From a virus, in the IMG/VR virus record IMGVR_UViG_3300020733_000010, positions 32,001 to 96,000 of that record: DNA of 64,000 bases; one strand, 5' to 3'. Each line of letters starts with the position of its first letter. Positions within the stretch are counted from its first letter, which is position 1. Both the position numbers and the translations under genes were made by a program. Below, piece by piece: positions 25,654 to 37,700 of the stretch. Under the pieces are notes generated by a model. That model did not search any database and was not told the DNA's origin. It worked only from the letters and a program-made list of their open reading frames with translations.

Positions 25654-26597
25654 TACCATCCCTCTATTTTTCTAATTACATCAATCTCTTTAACGAGAGG
25701 ACCCAAATTATGTTTATCTTTGTTATAATGTCTTTTAAAAAACTTTGATTGTTCACGATCAAGTGTATTGATTGGCAAGTCTAACTTATTGCGTAAACTA
25801 TTACCAAATAACTCTGCATTAATTCTTGGGTCGTTATCTTTATGGTCTTGCCATAACTTTTCTAAGTTGTCGAACCATTGAACTTGTATTGGATCAAAGT
25901 CTTGTGTCATTGTCATGTGTGTGCCAAGTCTTGCACCGTAAATAGCCCACATACCATTTTCTATATCCGCACCTACGTTATGCCAAATAGTTAAATTGTC
26001 TAAGTTACGACTTGGGATACGTTTAAATTCACTTATATTGGGGACTAGACCGCCTACTAAACACATCTTTACACCCTCACGAAATCCTGCACGCCATGCT
26101 TGAAAGGGTGTATAGTTAGGATATGTTGTGCTATAGCAATCATGCATTGCCCAGTATAATCCATCGTTATAATCTAAACAGAAGTCAACAGTTGTTTTAT
26201 TGTTGCCTTCACTGTTTTCGTGTGTCTTCATGTTCATCACATATTCTTTTGTCCATGAACTGATGCCACCGTTACCATACACCAAACCATTGATATTGTT
26301 TTTTGCTCTCCACCGATATTGTGCTTTGGTATATGATTCTTCTTTGTCTGTATAGTCTAGTGTTAGGTTAAAGAACTCAGGATCAGGTAAGTTGTCACCG
26401 TCGATTAAAATAAATCGTTCAGTATCAGACTCTTCCGCGGCTGCTTTATGAGCTGCATCACTGCCCTTAACACCGTCGACACGTCTGGCCCAGGGTACCA
26501 TGTTTTTAATCTTTAGCCAAAATTCTTCTTTTTGTGGTTCGTCATAGCTTAAGTAGATGCAATCTAAATCTTGTACATCAATTTGGTTTGAGTTCAT
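25653..26597 (-). CDS. GT-A-like glycosyltransferase
   Basis: DCIYLSYDEP; RVDGVKGSDAAHKAAA; FILIDGD (DxD). Confidence 0.65.
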   Translation of the reverse strand: MNSNQIDVQDLDCIYLSYDEPQKEEFWLKIKNMVPWARRVDGVKGSDAAHKAAAEESDTERFILIDGDNLPDPEFFNLTLDYTDKEESYTKAQYRWRAKNNINGLVYGNGGISSWTKEYVMNMKTHENSEGNNKTTVDFCLDYNDGLYWAMHDCYSTTYPNYTPFQAWRAGFREGVKMCLVGGLVPNISEFKRIPSRNLDNLTIWHNVGADIENGMWAIYGARLGTHMTMTQDFDPIQVQWFDNLEKLWQDHKDNDPRINAELFGNSLRNKLDLPINTLDREQSKFFKRHYNKDKHNLGPLVKEIDVIRKIEGW

Positions 26598-26877
26598 ATG
26601 TTTTTATATCCCATGTAATTGTTTTACCTATATAACTGTTATCTACTATAATACACGCATCTTCACTTGCACAACGAATGCCGGTAGTGCTAGGTGCGAG
26701 TTTTGAAATGGTTACTAAATCGTTTAGTTTAACTATCTTGCCATCAATGACTTTGATATCATGTCTGCATTCTGCAAACGTCATTGCATCAATCACAATA
26801 TAATTGCCCGGTAAGTCTTCGCCTGTATAACAGATAATAGCACCGGTGTCGTCATAATATAATCTGAACTCAGCCAT
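26578..26877 (-). CDS. hypothetical protein
   Basis: Tightly coupled within the operon. Confidence 0.6.
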   Translation of the reverse strand: MAEFRLYYDDTGAIICYTGEDLPGNYIVIDAMTFAECRHDIKVIDGKIVKLNDLVTISKLAPSTTGIRCASEDACIIVDNSYIGKTITWDIKTYELKPN

Positions 26878-27658
26878 AAAATGCTTTCAATGTTTTAGCA
26901 AAATCTTTTACATAGTAATGTACAGGATTCCATTGTGGTATTGATTGTATTCGTAGTGGATTACCATACTCACATACCAGTTCTTGTGTCCAATCATCAG
27001 TGAAGGTATCATTGATATATTGTTTAAGATGTGCCATCTTAAATCCATCAATACTAGTTGTCTGTTCAACGCCCATGATATGACATGCGATACTATAAGC
27101 CCAATCAGTTGTTATTAGTTCGTCAACGTTGCAAATAAAGATTTGCTTATACCTATCCCAGTTTTCAAATACATCACGTACAATTTGAAAGAACTGTTTA
27201 CTATAATCACTTTTATCAAAATAGGTTAATGCGTTATAAACATCAGGTAAATCGTTGTCAGTTATAAACTTACGATATGCTTTTACTGTAGAAACGTTGC
27301 CTTTATAATCTGTTATAGTGTTGCAGACATTTACATTCACATTACTAAATTTAGTAAAGAAGTGATCCATGTTCATGGGTATATACATGTCAGCTTCTAG
27401 TTTGATAGTGTAATCGTATGGACTAGCGTCAAACACTTGCCAATCATTGATTAGTTTCCAATCACTGTCAGGGGCTAAGTCTCCATAAGGTAGTTTAACT
27501 AATTGATTGAATGCCGAACAATCACTATTGTCATTACTAATCAACGTGATATCAGCATTTGGATTTGCAACTTTCAATGAGATAGCCAATGCTTCGGCAC
27601 ACTCAACATAATTAGTTGTTGAGGTGTTCTGTGCTAGTACTACATAACCTTTAGTCAT
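26870..27658 (-). CDS. GT8/mannosyltransferase-like glycosyltransferase
   Basis: KGYVVLA; SPYDYTIKLEADM; PDVYNA; paralogous to 27651..28427. Confidence 0.65.
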   Translation of the reverse strand: MTKGYVVLAQNTSTTNYVECAEALAISLKVANPNADITLISNDNSDCSAFNQLVKLPYGDLAPDSDWKLINDWQVFDASPYDYTIKLEADMYIPMNMDHFFTKFSNVNVNVCNTITDYKGNVSTVKAYRKFITDNDLPDVYNALTYFDKSDYSKQFFQIVRDVFENWDRYKQIFICNVDELITTDWAYSIACHIMGVEQTTSIDGFKMAHLKQYINDTFTDDWTQELVCEYGNPLRIQSIPQWNPVHYYVKDFAKTLKAFYG

Positions 27659-28427
27659 TAACCAAACTCATAAAAACATTTTTATCCATACAGTGAAAGT
27701 CAGTGTTAGATATTGTGATATACTCAGGTCTTTTACCTGTTTCTTGAACCACATTATAGCATGTGTCATTGATTTTGTAAATCCTAGTATCAGTCATAAG
27801 ATGCACAAGATTCCAAGGAATGTACATACTATTATCTTCGACTTGCCCATTTACTATTCTTGTGGCAATTGTTAATCCATAATCGTTGCGATACATAGCA
27901 CCCATAATGTTATATAGTCTAACATAGTGTGGATAGTTCTCCTGTACCATTTTCAAACATTCAAAGATTTGTTGTGTTCTATCTGTTTTACGGAATGCAA
28001 TCACTGTTGCCCACAATGTTTGAAAACTCGTTGGACTAACCATTTCTTGTCTAGTATCAGGTTTCATCAACAAACTTGTATTCTTGTGGCACATAAAGTC
28101 GTCATACAAATCAAATATATTGTTCAATGCATTGCTATTGATTAGATAATCAGTATCCAATATGATTGTCTCATCATATGGAGTATATTCGTATGCACGA
28201 TATCTACCCTTGTTATACCATGGATTATTATTTCTAGTGTTTGTTGTTTGTGCATCGGTAAGTATAACACTATCAAACTTATAGTCTGTATTGGTTATAC
28301 TATTTGAGTCAGTTACTACAGTTACAGGTAGGTCTAAGAAACGGTTCGCTCTTTTTGCCGTAGCGACTGCCATTTCATAGTAATTTGTAGTGTCGTTGTT
28401 AAACGCAAAAAGCAATATGCCTTTCAT
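27651..28427 (-). CDS. GT8/mannosyltransferase-like glycosyltransferase
   Basis: KGILLFA; TPYDETIILDTDY (DxD); YRND. Confidence 0.65.
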   Translation of the reverse strand: MKGILLFAFNNDTTNYYEMAVATAKRANRFLDLPVTVVTDSNSITNTDYKFDSVILTDAQTTNTRNNNPWYNKGRYRAYEYTPYDETIILDTDYLINSNALNNIFDLYDDFMCHKNTSLLMKPDTRQEMVSPTSFQTLWATVIAFRKTDRTQQIFECLKMVQENYPHYVRLYNIMGAMYRNDYGLTIATRIVNGQVEDNSMYIPWNLVHLMTDTRIYKINDTCYNVVQETGKRPEYITISNTDFHCMDKNVFMSLVND

Positions 28428-28729
28428 CTTTTATTCTGTAGTTCTGTGAATTCAGTATGCCATTGTTCCATTACTTCTAAGTAGATACCATTGGCTTTTA
28501 ATAATAGTGCCACACGATCAACCTTTACAGGATTGTCATAGTCATCAAGTAAGATAAGCATAGTCGCAGTTGAACTTGCTAGACTAGAAAGAAATGTAGG
28601 CGTAATTGTCCACATTCCACCTTGATCGGCAAATGTGAGTTTTGCTTTATATTTGTCTTTAAGTTGTTGTTTAGATTTTGTGTGACCAAAACGAGCTTTA
28701 ATGTCACTTAGTAATTTGTCTGTATCCAT
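28424..28729 (-). CDS. hypothetical protein
   Basis: Late promoter at 28745-28750 and GGAG RBS. Confidence 0.6.
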   Translation of the reverse strand: MDTDKLLSDIKARFGHTKSKQQLKDKYKAKLTFADQGGMWTITPTFLSSLASSTATMLILLDDYDNPVKVDRVALLLKANGIYLEVMEQWHTEFTELQNKR

Positions 28730-28776
28730 AAATACTCCTGAAAGTATTTAATGAACACAGACACTGCCCGTTAATT

Positions 28777-29736
28777 TTAACTGCCTGTTACTGAACCAAC
28801 AACTGTTACTGTTCCCCAGCTTGCAGTTGCTAAATAACCTGTTGCAGGTGGTTTGATTGTAACCGCGGTAGTTGTACCTGAAGTCATAATTAACCCATTA
28901 GGAACTTGATCCCATACTGTAACAATAGTAATTTGACTACCATTATCACCGTTACTACCGGTGGCACTATTAGTATTTACTTTAACAGTGATATTAGAAC
29001 TATCATAGCCTGTTGGGTTACCTGTTGCTAATTGACTGAATACTGCGGTACTAGTTGTTGTTAAACCATAATAACCATAACCAGTCGATAATGTCTGAGG
29101 TGTTCCTGTGTTACTCAAATTAGTAATACCAGTATATGACACACCAGCAATAGTAACGCTTCCTGAATTTGGACTACTCAATATAATAGTACCACATGCT
29201 GTTGCCAAACTGCTGAATAATGCATTGATACCAGTTCCAGTAGGGTGACTAAATGTAAGTGCAATTTGTCCGCCTGCGTTAAAGAAATACCTAGCCTGAT
29301 CACCTGAACCAAATGTTACAGTGTGTGTGAATGTTACTTTATCTACCCAAGTTGAACTATTTGTCGTTGTAGTTGTACTTGTTGTACCTACTTGACCTGC
29401 TGCTAGGTTACCTCTACCGTTATAAATGTTAGAGATATTAGTTGACAAACTACTATTATATGTAATGGTTCCACCTGCTGATGGATTAGTTAGTGCAGTA
29501 ATTGCAGTACCTTGCAGTGATGCAATATTTGTAATTGTTGTATACAACGCTGCCCAATCACTTGCTAAAACTTTGTTGTTTTGTGTTACTTGAGGAACAG
29601 GAGTTTGACCATAGCCAGATTTACCATTGCCTACAGCCCAGATTGTGTTTACTTGGTTAGCGACACTGCTTGGGCTAGTTCCATCTAAACCATTGAAATC
29701 TGCTGCCGCAATCGTACCGTACTGTGCGTATGTCAT
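28777..29736 (-). CDS. virion structural protein (tail/baseplate fibre-like)
   Basis: Thr/Gly/Ser-rich beta-type sequence in the structural operon. Confidence 0.6.
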   Translation of the reverse strand: MTYAQYGTIAAADFNGLDGTSPSSVANQVNTIWAVGNGKSGYGQTPVPQVTQNNKVLASDWAALYTTITNIASLQGTAITALTNPSAGGTITYNSSLSTNISNIYNGRGNLAAGQVGTTSTTTTTNSSTWVDKVTFTHTVTFGSGDQARYFFNAGGQIALTFSHPTGTGINALFSSLATACGTIILSSPNSGSVTIAGVSYTGITNLSNTGTPQTLSTGYGYYGLTTTSTAVFSQLATGNPTGYDSSNITVKVNTNSATGSNGDNGSQITIVTVWDQVPNGLIMTSGTTTAVTIKPPATGYLATASWGTVTVVGSVTGS

Positions 29737-29745
29737 TTCTAATCC

Positions 29746-30963
29746 TTATTTTGTGATTGATACAACAGCAAGAACAGTTCCTGTTGCTGCATCTGTTTTA
29801 TTCTCTAACGCACGACCGATAACGTTGAATGCTGTCATTTCATCTCTCTTAGCAGCACGAGCATATCCTTTGATACCTGCACTGACTAAACGTTGACCCT
29901 TCTTAACTTTACCAATGACTTTAACTGGTACACGACCTGATACAGCGATTGCAGGGTGTGTATCGTTTCCGCCGGCAGCTCCGTTCATTGTGAAGCCAGC
30001 TGTTGTAGAAACAACACCAAATACTTCTTCGCTTGCATCGTCTGATACAGCAGTAATTTCTTTGTCACCGCCAATTTCAACAACTGTACCAGCATCATAG
30101 ATATCATCAGCTTCAAAACGTTCTGCCAAGTCAGCGTATGTTGCATTCAATTGAGCACCTGCTGCTAATGTCCAGATACCACTTATAGTACCGCCACCTG
30201 CGATGTAACCGGTTGTAATTTTAGTTGGGGCGATGTTACCTGTAAATTGAGAAACACTGTTTGCACCAGTTAAGTAATCACTTACATTAGTATTTGTATA
30301 TGTTCCTGATGGGTTAAAAGGTGCACCGTTACCATACATGTAGTTGTCACAACGAATACCATAACTTGCACTACCAAATGCCAAATTACCTTGAGCAACA
30401 GTAAATGCTGCACCAGCAGAGTTACCTGTAACTGACCATGAACCAGTGATTGAACCTGATGTTGTTGCACCGCCTGTACTAATTGTACGTGTGTTCAATG
30501 TTGCAATATTAGCTGTAGTAGCAGTAGCAAGGTTCATTGTTGTATTTGCTGATACTGTTGCATTAATTGCAACAATGTTTGCAGTGCTAATATTATTAGA
30601 AACTGTTAAGTTTGCACCAATTGACACACTACCTGTAACTGTGATGTTACCTAATGTTGCACTACCGCCAGAAGTTGCTGTTGCAACTGCTACCCAATCA
30701 CCCGCATTTGTAGTACCATCTGCTGGGCAGATATTCATTGTACTGTTAGTTGTGTTGTACCAAAGTTGACCTTTTAATGGGTTTGCAGGTGGTGTTGAAG
30801 ACGCAAAATTCTCCAACATTCTTACAAAGTTTGTATCTTGGATCTGTCCGTATCCTGCATAGTTTCTACCAATCAACCCTATAGACGTACTTGTTGTATT
30901 GATTGTCCCGTCCTGAATGGTTGTTAATGTAGTACCATTAGTTCTAATAATTTGATATGCCAT
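29746..30963 (-). CDS. tail fibre/spike with a C-terminal intramolecular-chaperone (Peptidase_G2-like) domain
   Basis: YADLAERF...GVVST...PAIAVSGRVPVKVIGKVKKGQRLVS...IGRALE. Confidence 0.7.
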   Translation of the reverse strand: MAYQIIRTNGTTLTTIQDGTINTTSTSIGLIGRNYAGYGQIQDTNFVRMLENFASSTPPANPLKGQLWYNTTNSTMNICPADGTTNAGDWVAVATATSGGSATLGNITVTGSVSIGANLTVSNNISTANIVAINATVSANTTMNLATATTANIATLNTRTISTGGATTSGSITGSWSVTGNSAGAAFTVAQGNLAFGSASYGIRCDNYMYGNGAPFNPSGTYTNTNVSDYLTGANSVSQFTGNIAPTKITTGYIAGGGTISGIWTLAAGAQLNATYADLAERFEADDIYDAGTVVEIGGDKEITAVSDDASEEVFGVVSTTAGFTMNGAAGGNDTHPAIAVSGRVPVKVIGKVKKGQRLVSAGIKGYARAAKRDEMTAFNVIGRALENKTDAATGTVLAVVSITK

Positions 30964-30992
30964 CGTGTTACTCCGCTATTCTTATATTTATC

Positions 30993-31610
30993 TTATACCG
31001 TTACCAAATTCGTTAGACTTTGGATGCGAATCGTGTAATCCACTTGGATTTGACGGTTCAAGCTCTTTTGTACAGGGTGAAAAATCACATGAGTCAGTAG
31101 TTTTGTGATTTCATTACCCGCAGTGTCAATTCCATAATATCCTAGCAAACCGATTTCATCAAATGTGTAGCTGCTAGTAATTTGAGAACTGTTGTCAAAC
31201 GCCGTTTGACCAGCTGGTTCGCCGTAATCTAATGTACATTGAATAACAATATCAGAATAGACTTTACCAGCAACGTGCCCTACAGTCATTTTGTTTTTCG
31301 TAGGATTTGTGTTACTGATATTTGTGTCGTCAACCAATTTTGCATAGGTTTGATTGTACAAATTAGCACTTTGACCAGTACTATTTGGTGGTAAATAGGT
31401 GACAATTCCGGTTTGGTCAATGCTTGCACCACCGTTACCAAATGCCATTTTATAGATAGAACCGATACCTCGGTTACTTAGTGCATCTGCTAGGGCAATA
31501 CTCATATTCTCATAGTGAATAGCATTGCATTTGTCTACAAAGACTTCTTTGGTTTCTGGATCATAGACTTTTAAAAAGCCAAGAATCTCAAATGGGATTA
31601 AGTTTGTCAT
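30993..31610 (-). CDS. tail-collar / baseplate fibre-anchor protein
   Basis: MAFGNGG...FDEIGLL...LTHVIFHPVQKSLNRQIQVDYTIRI. Confidence 0.6.
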   Translation of the reverse strand: MTNLIPFEILGFLKVYDPETKEVFVDKCNAIHYENMSIALADALSNRGIGSIYKMAFGNGGASIDQTGIVTYLPPNSTGQSANLYNQTYAKLVDDTNISNTNPTKNKMTVGHVAGKVYSDIVIQCTLDYGEPAGQTAFDNSSQITSSYTFDEIGLLGYYGIDTAGNEITKLLTHVIFHPVQKSLNRQIQVDYTIRIQSLTNLVTV

Positions 31611-31759
31611 TATTCGTCGCCTCGTACTTGGACCAAGACTTGCTGTGTGTCCGGGTCTGTTATTTTTACCATAGAACTGAAGTAAATTCCACCGATTTCG
31701 TTCGGTTTCTGTGTTACTTCAGTTTGATCGGATTTCTTATCTTCAGGTTTTGATTGCAT
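31610..31759 (-). CDS. 49-aa late protein (missed by the track)
   Basis: MQSKPEDKKSDQTEVTQKPNEIGGIYFSSMVKITDPDTQQVLVQVRGDE*; TAAATA-N4-ATG; stop overlaps the next ATG. Confidence 0.65.
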   Translation of the reverse strand: MQSKPEDKKSDQTEVTQKPNEIGGIYFSSMVKITDPDTQQVLVQVRGDE

Positions 31760-31773
31760 AATTTATTTATCTC

Positions 31774-34700
31774 TCAATAATTCTGGTCTGATAAGAATAG
31801 TGAAACAGGTGAATCACTGATTTGCAATGGATCTCCGTAGCTTGCGCTGAAGACATTAGTGTTCCAAACTTGGTTATAATAAACATCTGGTACTTTCTTA
31901 GTAATGTTAATTCCATAAACAATTTCATATTGTGCATGGTCCACTACCGGAGTTCCTTGAACACCCCTGATTAATCCAGAAATTGTATTATTTACTAAAT
32001 CCACTGAACTAAACTTGACACGTTCACTACCGATTAAGATAATGTCACCTGTACCTAATGTGATTGTAACTTGATTACCTAAATCAACACTGTCTAAGAA
32101 CACTACTGCCGGTTGACCGTCAATAATCTCAAAAGAGTAAGATCCTGAATCTAATTCAACTTGTCTTGATACATCATAAACTGTCAGATATTTCACATCT
32201 TTTGGGTTACATTGAACATAAGCTAATAATGTACCATTACTTGAAACTACTGGTATTGTTTGTACTAATGTTGAAATAACGTTACTTACATTATTCAAAT
32301 AGATTGTATTATCTGTTGCAACCAAGTCTTGAACTAACCATGTTCCATCACCTGGATTAGTTCTATAAACTTCTCCCATGTTTTGCTTATCTACTGTCAA
32401 GATGAAACTTGATTCTCTAGGAGAAGCACCAGTCACCATTGCAGTTACAACTACAACATCATCATATTGAATATCAGTCAATATTGATAACTTATTACCT
32501 GCATTGAATACTAGTAATGATGGATCAAGACGTTTACCGTTTACTGTTACCCATGTTCTATTACCATCTTGATAAACAATACTTGGCATAGTGCTTGGAA
32601 CAGATGGGCTAGAAATAACAAGACTGTTACTGTCTAACCAACCAAAACCACCACCTAAATATGTGCTGATTGAATTACCTTGAACTGGTGTATTGAAGGT
32701 GCTATCATGGTATAGATAAACGATTGAACTATCAGTTCCACTAACTTTTACATAGTACAAACTATTGTTCATTTCAATTGATCCATTCAATCCATTGAAA
32801 CGCAATTCATTACCATTAGAGAATGAAGTGGTTCTATCAAATTTAACTTTTACCGGAGTAACTGTGTTATCAACATAAGTAATACCCCATACACCTACTG
32901 TGACTGAGTATGTTGTTGATAGCCATTGTCTACTTGTACTATTGAATGTAGTCACGGCAATCAAGTCGTCAGCAGTTGCAAAACCAATTGTTAAACGTTG
33001 ACCGCTCAATGAATAATCAACACCCGGTACTAATCTTAATCCATTACGTTCAACAATCATGTTATTTGGATTAGCACCACCCACATAACCACTTAATGTA
33101 TATGGACCTGACCCAGTGAATACTTGTGTTTCAGGTATAGAATAGAAGAATTCTGTATTGTTTTCCGCAGTAATAGATGTTGTTAATATAGCAAACGTAA
33201 TATATGTTGTTGCGTTGTCATATACGGTGTTGAACACTAACTTCATTGAGTTATCCTCAGTAAAATCAATGTAATAATCAGTTTGGTAAACTTGTTTTTC
33301 ACCATTGATATACACTACAATATTTTCACGTCCAGTTGCATTGTCTGTGACAATTTCTTGATATTTGAAATCAAAGATAAAGCAAGAGTTTCCAGAAGCA
33401 GGATCTATTTGTAGTGGTAACAATTCATTGCTATTTCTAATCAGTTGACGACCGTCACCCACTTCATAGGCTTCAATCATAACTGATTGTGTTTTTGATA
33501 TACTAATACTCAATGTAACAACTTTTGTAACCCAATTCACACTATATGAGATTGTGCTATTTGCAGTAGTTACATTTTCATATATACGAGTTGCTAACTT
33601 TGTAGTGTCATCAATGATATATACACTGATTTGTGCAGGTGTGGCTGTAAGATTATCAAAATTTATTGACAAACTATTGTCCAATTTACCTACCATTGAT
33701 TGCATTAAGAAACCAGTATGACCATAATAGAAATGTGAAACTGAAGGAGCTAAGTCCCATGCACCTGCATTGTCTACATACATGTCCCAATAGCTTCCTG
33801 GACTAGTTTTAACTTTCATAGATAGGTTGTCAGAAATTAAACCTGCAACCATTTCTTCTGGTCCATAACCATATAAGAAGTCGCTACCTTGAACGACAAA
33901 ATTAGGTTCAGCATATTGTTGATTAGATACAATTGTCCATTGCGTTGCATTACGTGAACGCATTACTAAACCATAATCACCTGTTACATAGAAGTACGTT
34001 CCATCAAAATATACCTTAGTAAAGTTATATTGAGTCACATCACCTTTAATGTTATGAGTAGGAACTCCTGTAGACATTACGGTATATGAAACTCCGTCTA
34101 AACTGGTTAGAATAATTCCGTTATCACCTACAAGAACATATGTACTCAATCCATATGCAGCAGAACGGATAGTTTCTGTAGTGCTACCTGAAGTAATTTG
34201 TCCAGTTCCCCAGTTACTTCCATTCAAGCTGTAATATATACTTGCGTTTTCTCCAGCAACAATGATAGTAGAATTTGAATTTGTCACACAATATAATGTG
34301 TGTGAAGTTATATTAGGTACAAGTTTATTCCAAGTACCACTATTGTTGATTACAATTCTACCAAATTTTGTAATTGTTGGGGCGGCAGTTCCTGCGCCAC
34401 CTGTAACTTCATAACCAACACCAACTGCAATATAACCTATAAAGTGATTACTATTGATATATGCAATACCAAATAACTCATTGTCAAGTCTGCTACCAAA
34501 GTCAAACACACTATTAAATGTTATACCATCATTTGCATAGTAAATCTTTTTACCAACTACATAAATGTCAGCTCCATTAGTTGCAGTTGCATTCAACTGT
34601 ATTAGGTTTTCGATACTAATTGAACTATCGTCATATTCAATTCTGTCAAAGCCAATGTCGTCAAATTTAATCTGAGAACCCACAGTATTCCAAGAAACTC

Positions 34701-37700
34701 CGTCAAAACTTATGTATATTGGGCTACCTGTGTTTCGTGTTGTAATTGTATACTGAGCAAGAGAAGGTGAGTATGAGATATCAGTAATATTCAATAGTAT
34801 TTCTGATATCACATGTGATGTCCAATTCATACCATCACTGCTGATCCATATAACAGCATTTGTTTCACCGTTACCAACAGCAAAATAGTTGTATCCATTA
34901 TATACTATTGAAGTAATATTTGCATCACGTGGGAAGAACTGTGGATCTTTAACAATATAGTCGATAGGAATTTGTTCGTCGGGTGCAAAACTATTACCAT
35001 AATAGGTATCGTGAGGATAAGTAATGCCGTCAACTAATTGATATAAATCTTTTGCAGGCATGCTTGTAGTAGGAGCATAATATGCTACAATTCTGTCTAG
35101 TGCGTTTAATGCTCTATCATCACTGAACACAAATTGCCATTTGTTAATGTCAAATGTAGCATCATTGTTGCTTGATGTACATTTCCAAACTTGATTTTGA
35201 TAACTGACATAAGATGTTAGGTTATGTCTGTATATAATCTCACTTGTGAATGGCTCTGGAATAAAGAAATAGTCAGTTCCATATTGTCCATTGTATGCCA
35301 ATTGACTATATAGTAACGGGATATTGAATTCAGGGTCTGTGTATAACAACACTGAATCATTTTCTATCACACTCATATAATATTCGTCATAGCTCTTAAT
35401 AGCAACACCTTGCAAGTTATACAAGTATACGCCACCGTTAGAATCAGCACGTTCAATATTGATTGTTAAGTCGTTTACCCCAGAGAAGCTACCCAATAGT
35501 GATCCATCAATTACAATTGAACTACCGTCACTATAGATAGTTCCGGGATCAACAATCTTAATTGAGTATTGATTGCTCAAACGTTGGATATCAAATCTTG
35601 GGTAGTATACTTCAATCTTTGCACCACCTGCATTGTTCAGTGCAATAGGTGAAGATGATGTTGCTACTGTTTGTGTGTTATTAATTGTATATGTTCCAGT
35701 ACCACCTGTGCCCGTACCAAGACCAGTAATCTTGGTACCGGATGCAACACCAATACCATGAACTCCATCATTAATTGCCAATGTGCCATTAGTGACAGAT
35801 GTTACATATAATGTTGTTCCAACAATATATCCAGCAAAATGTTTAGTACCAGTATCATCATAAACATACGGATCTAATACACGATAGAAATATGCTTTAC
35901 GACCTTGAATTTGTCCTGGTTTAATTCCAGTAGTACCATAATCAAGTGTAACGACTGCATTATCATTATAGTTAACTGCACCAGTAATAGGTATTTCAAG
36001 ACCGTTACGACTGATTACGATTGGTGTTGGTTCTACCGCAGTAAATGATACTGTGTGTATTCCTGCAGTTAATGCCGGAGTACCATTTATATTAAATGTG
36101 GTGATTGCTCCTATACCTGAAACTGCGGTAACGGTTATAGTTGCATCGTTTGTACTTGCAATTCCACCTAAGTTAACACCATTGTATGTAATAATGTCGC
36201 CTACCTGATATCCAGTTCCAGCAGAGCCCGGTGCAATGATTGCAGTATACACAGAACCGTCAGTTGTTATATCAAAGAATGCTCCAGTACCTGTACCAGT
36301 TTGTGTATCACGGTTCAATCTATAATATGTAGTAGAAACAGCCGTAACCGTAATAGTCATATTATATGTAGGGTCTGTAGTTATATCTTGACCCAATTGT
36401 GAACCTAATATAGTAATAGTATCATTAACTTTATACCCAGAGCCTTGAGTCTCAATCACAATATTGTATTGACCGTTAGTTACTTGATATGCAATTAAGA
36501 ATTTCGCATTTTGTCCAGAACCACTGGTTGAATGTTGAGTCACCTCATATAGTATTGCTTCAGACAACGAATCAATTGCACTTGATGCATTTTTGGTATC
36601 ACTGAATACACTTGAATAATATGTGTTAGGTTGCCATGGTTGAACTAGTGAATTATAACTTGTGCGGTCAAAACGCAATGTTGTTGTTAATCCACGAACA
36701 CGAGAGTTAATCATTGAAACTTCTGCACGAACTGTTACACTGATTGTATATGAACTTGGAACACCATTAGATAACAATGTTAGTGGGTGCAATCCACTGA
36801 TACTTTCATGGTATACTTTGTGTAGTCTAATTAATGAACCGGTTGTGTCAGTTAAACCAACATTAGTAACTATGTGAACGTAATAGAATCCATCAGGAAC
36901 AACAATATTATTGCCTAGGTTAGCAAATTTAATCACATCACCTGTATTCAACGCTTGACTATAAACAAAGAATGTGTTACTGAAATAATCAATTTGTGCA
37001 TCAGTTACAGTTAATACTAAGCTAGGATCAACTATAATTTCAGGGGCAGTTACATATCCTTCACCTGAATCAATCACGTTAATAGCAATAACATTATCAG
37101 AACCTAATGTTGCAGTTAATATTGCTTCACGAGTTGGTGCTGGGTACTTAGTTGTATCAATATACGCTTTGACTTTTGGAATGTCTTGGTAATATTTGCC
37201 ACCGTATATAATAGTGACACCAGGAATATCCATATAAACATTAGAACCAGCAAAGTGTTCTGTTTGTACTGTGTTGTATAATGCACGAGATAAACCAGAT
37301 ACTTCACCAGTCTGTCTATTGACAGCAGTATATCCAACAAGCTCCTGATCTATTAACATTACGCCAATAGTTGGAAGACCAAACGCATTGTCAACAAACA
37401 CAAATGTGCTTACCCTTGATAGGTATGAAACTGTAGTACATACATTTACGAACGGTTCTGTAGAAATAGTTAAACCATAATTTGAGTACCAATCAACATA
37501 TGAACTATCATTCCACACTGAATCTGTTGGTAAGAATGTTGATGTTTCATCAGCATTTTGATACACTAACTCAGGAGTAGTATATTTGTAGAGGCTAGTA
37601 TTATATTTTGCAGGTAAGTCAAAGTCTGAAACTGCTGCACCTTCAACATCAATACCAGTGTAACGTTGATTGAATGACTTAATCACTGCACGGTATGGTT

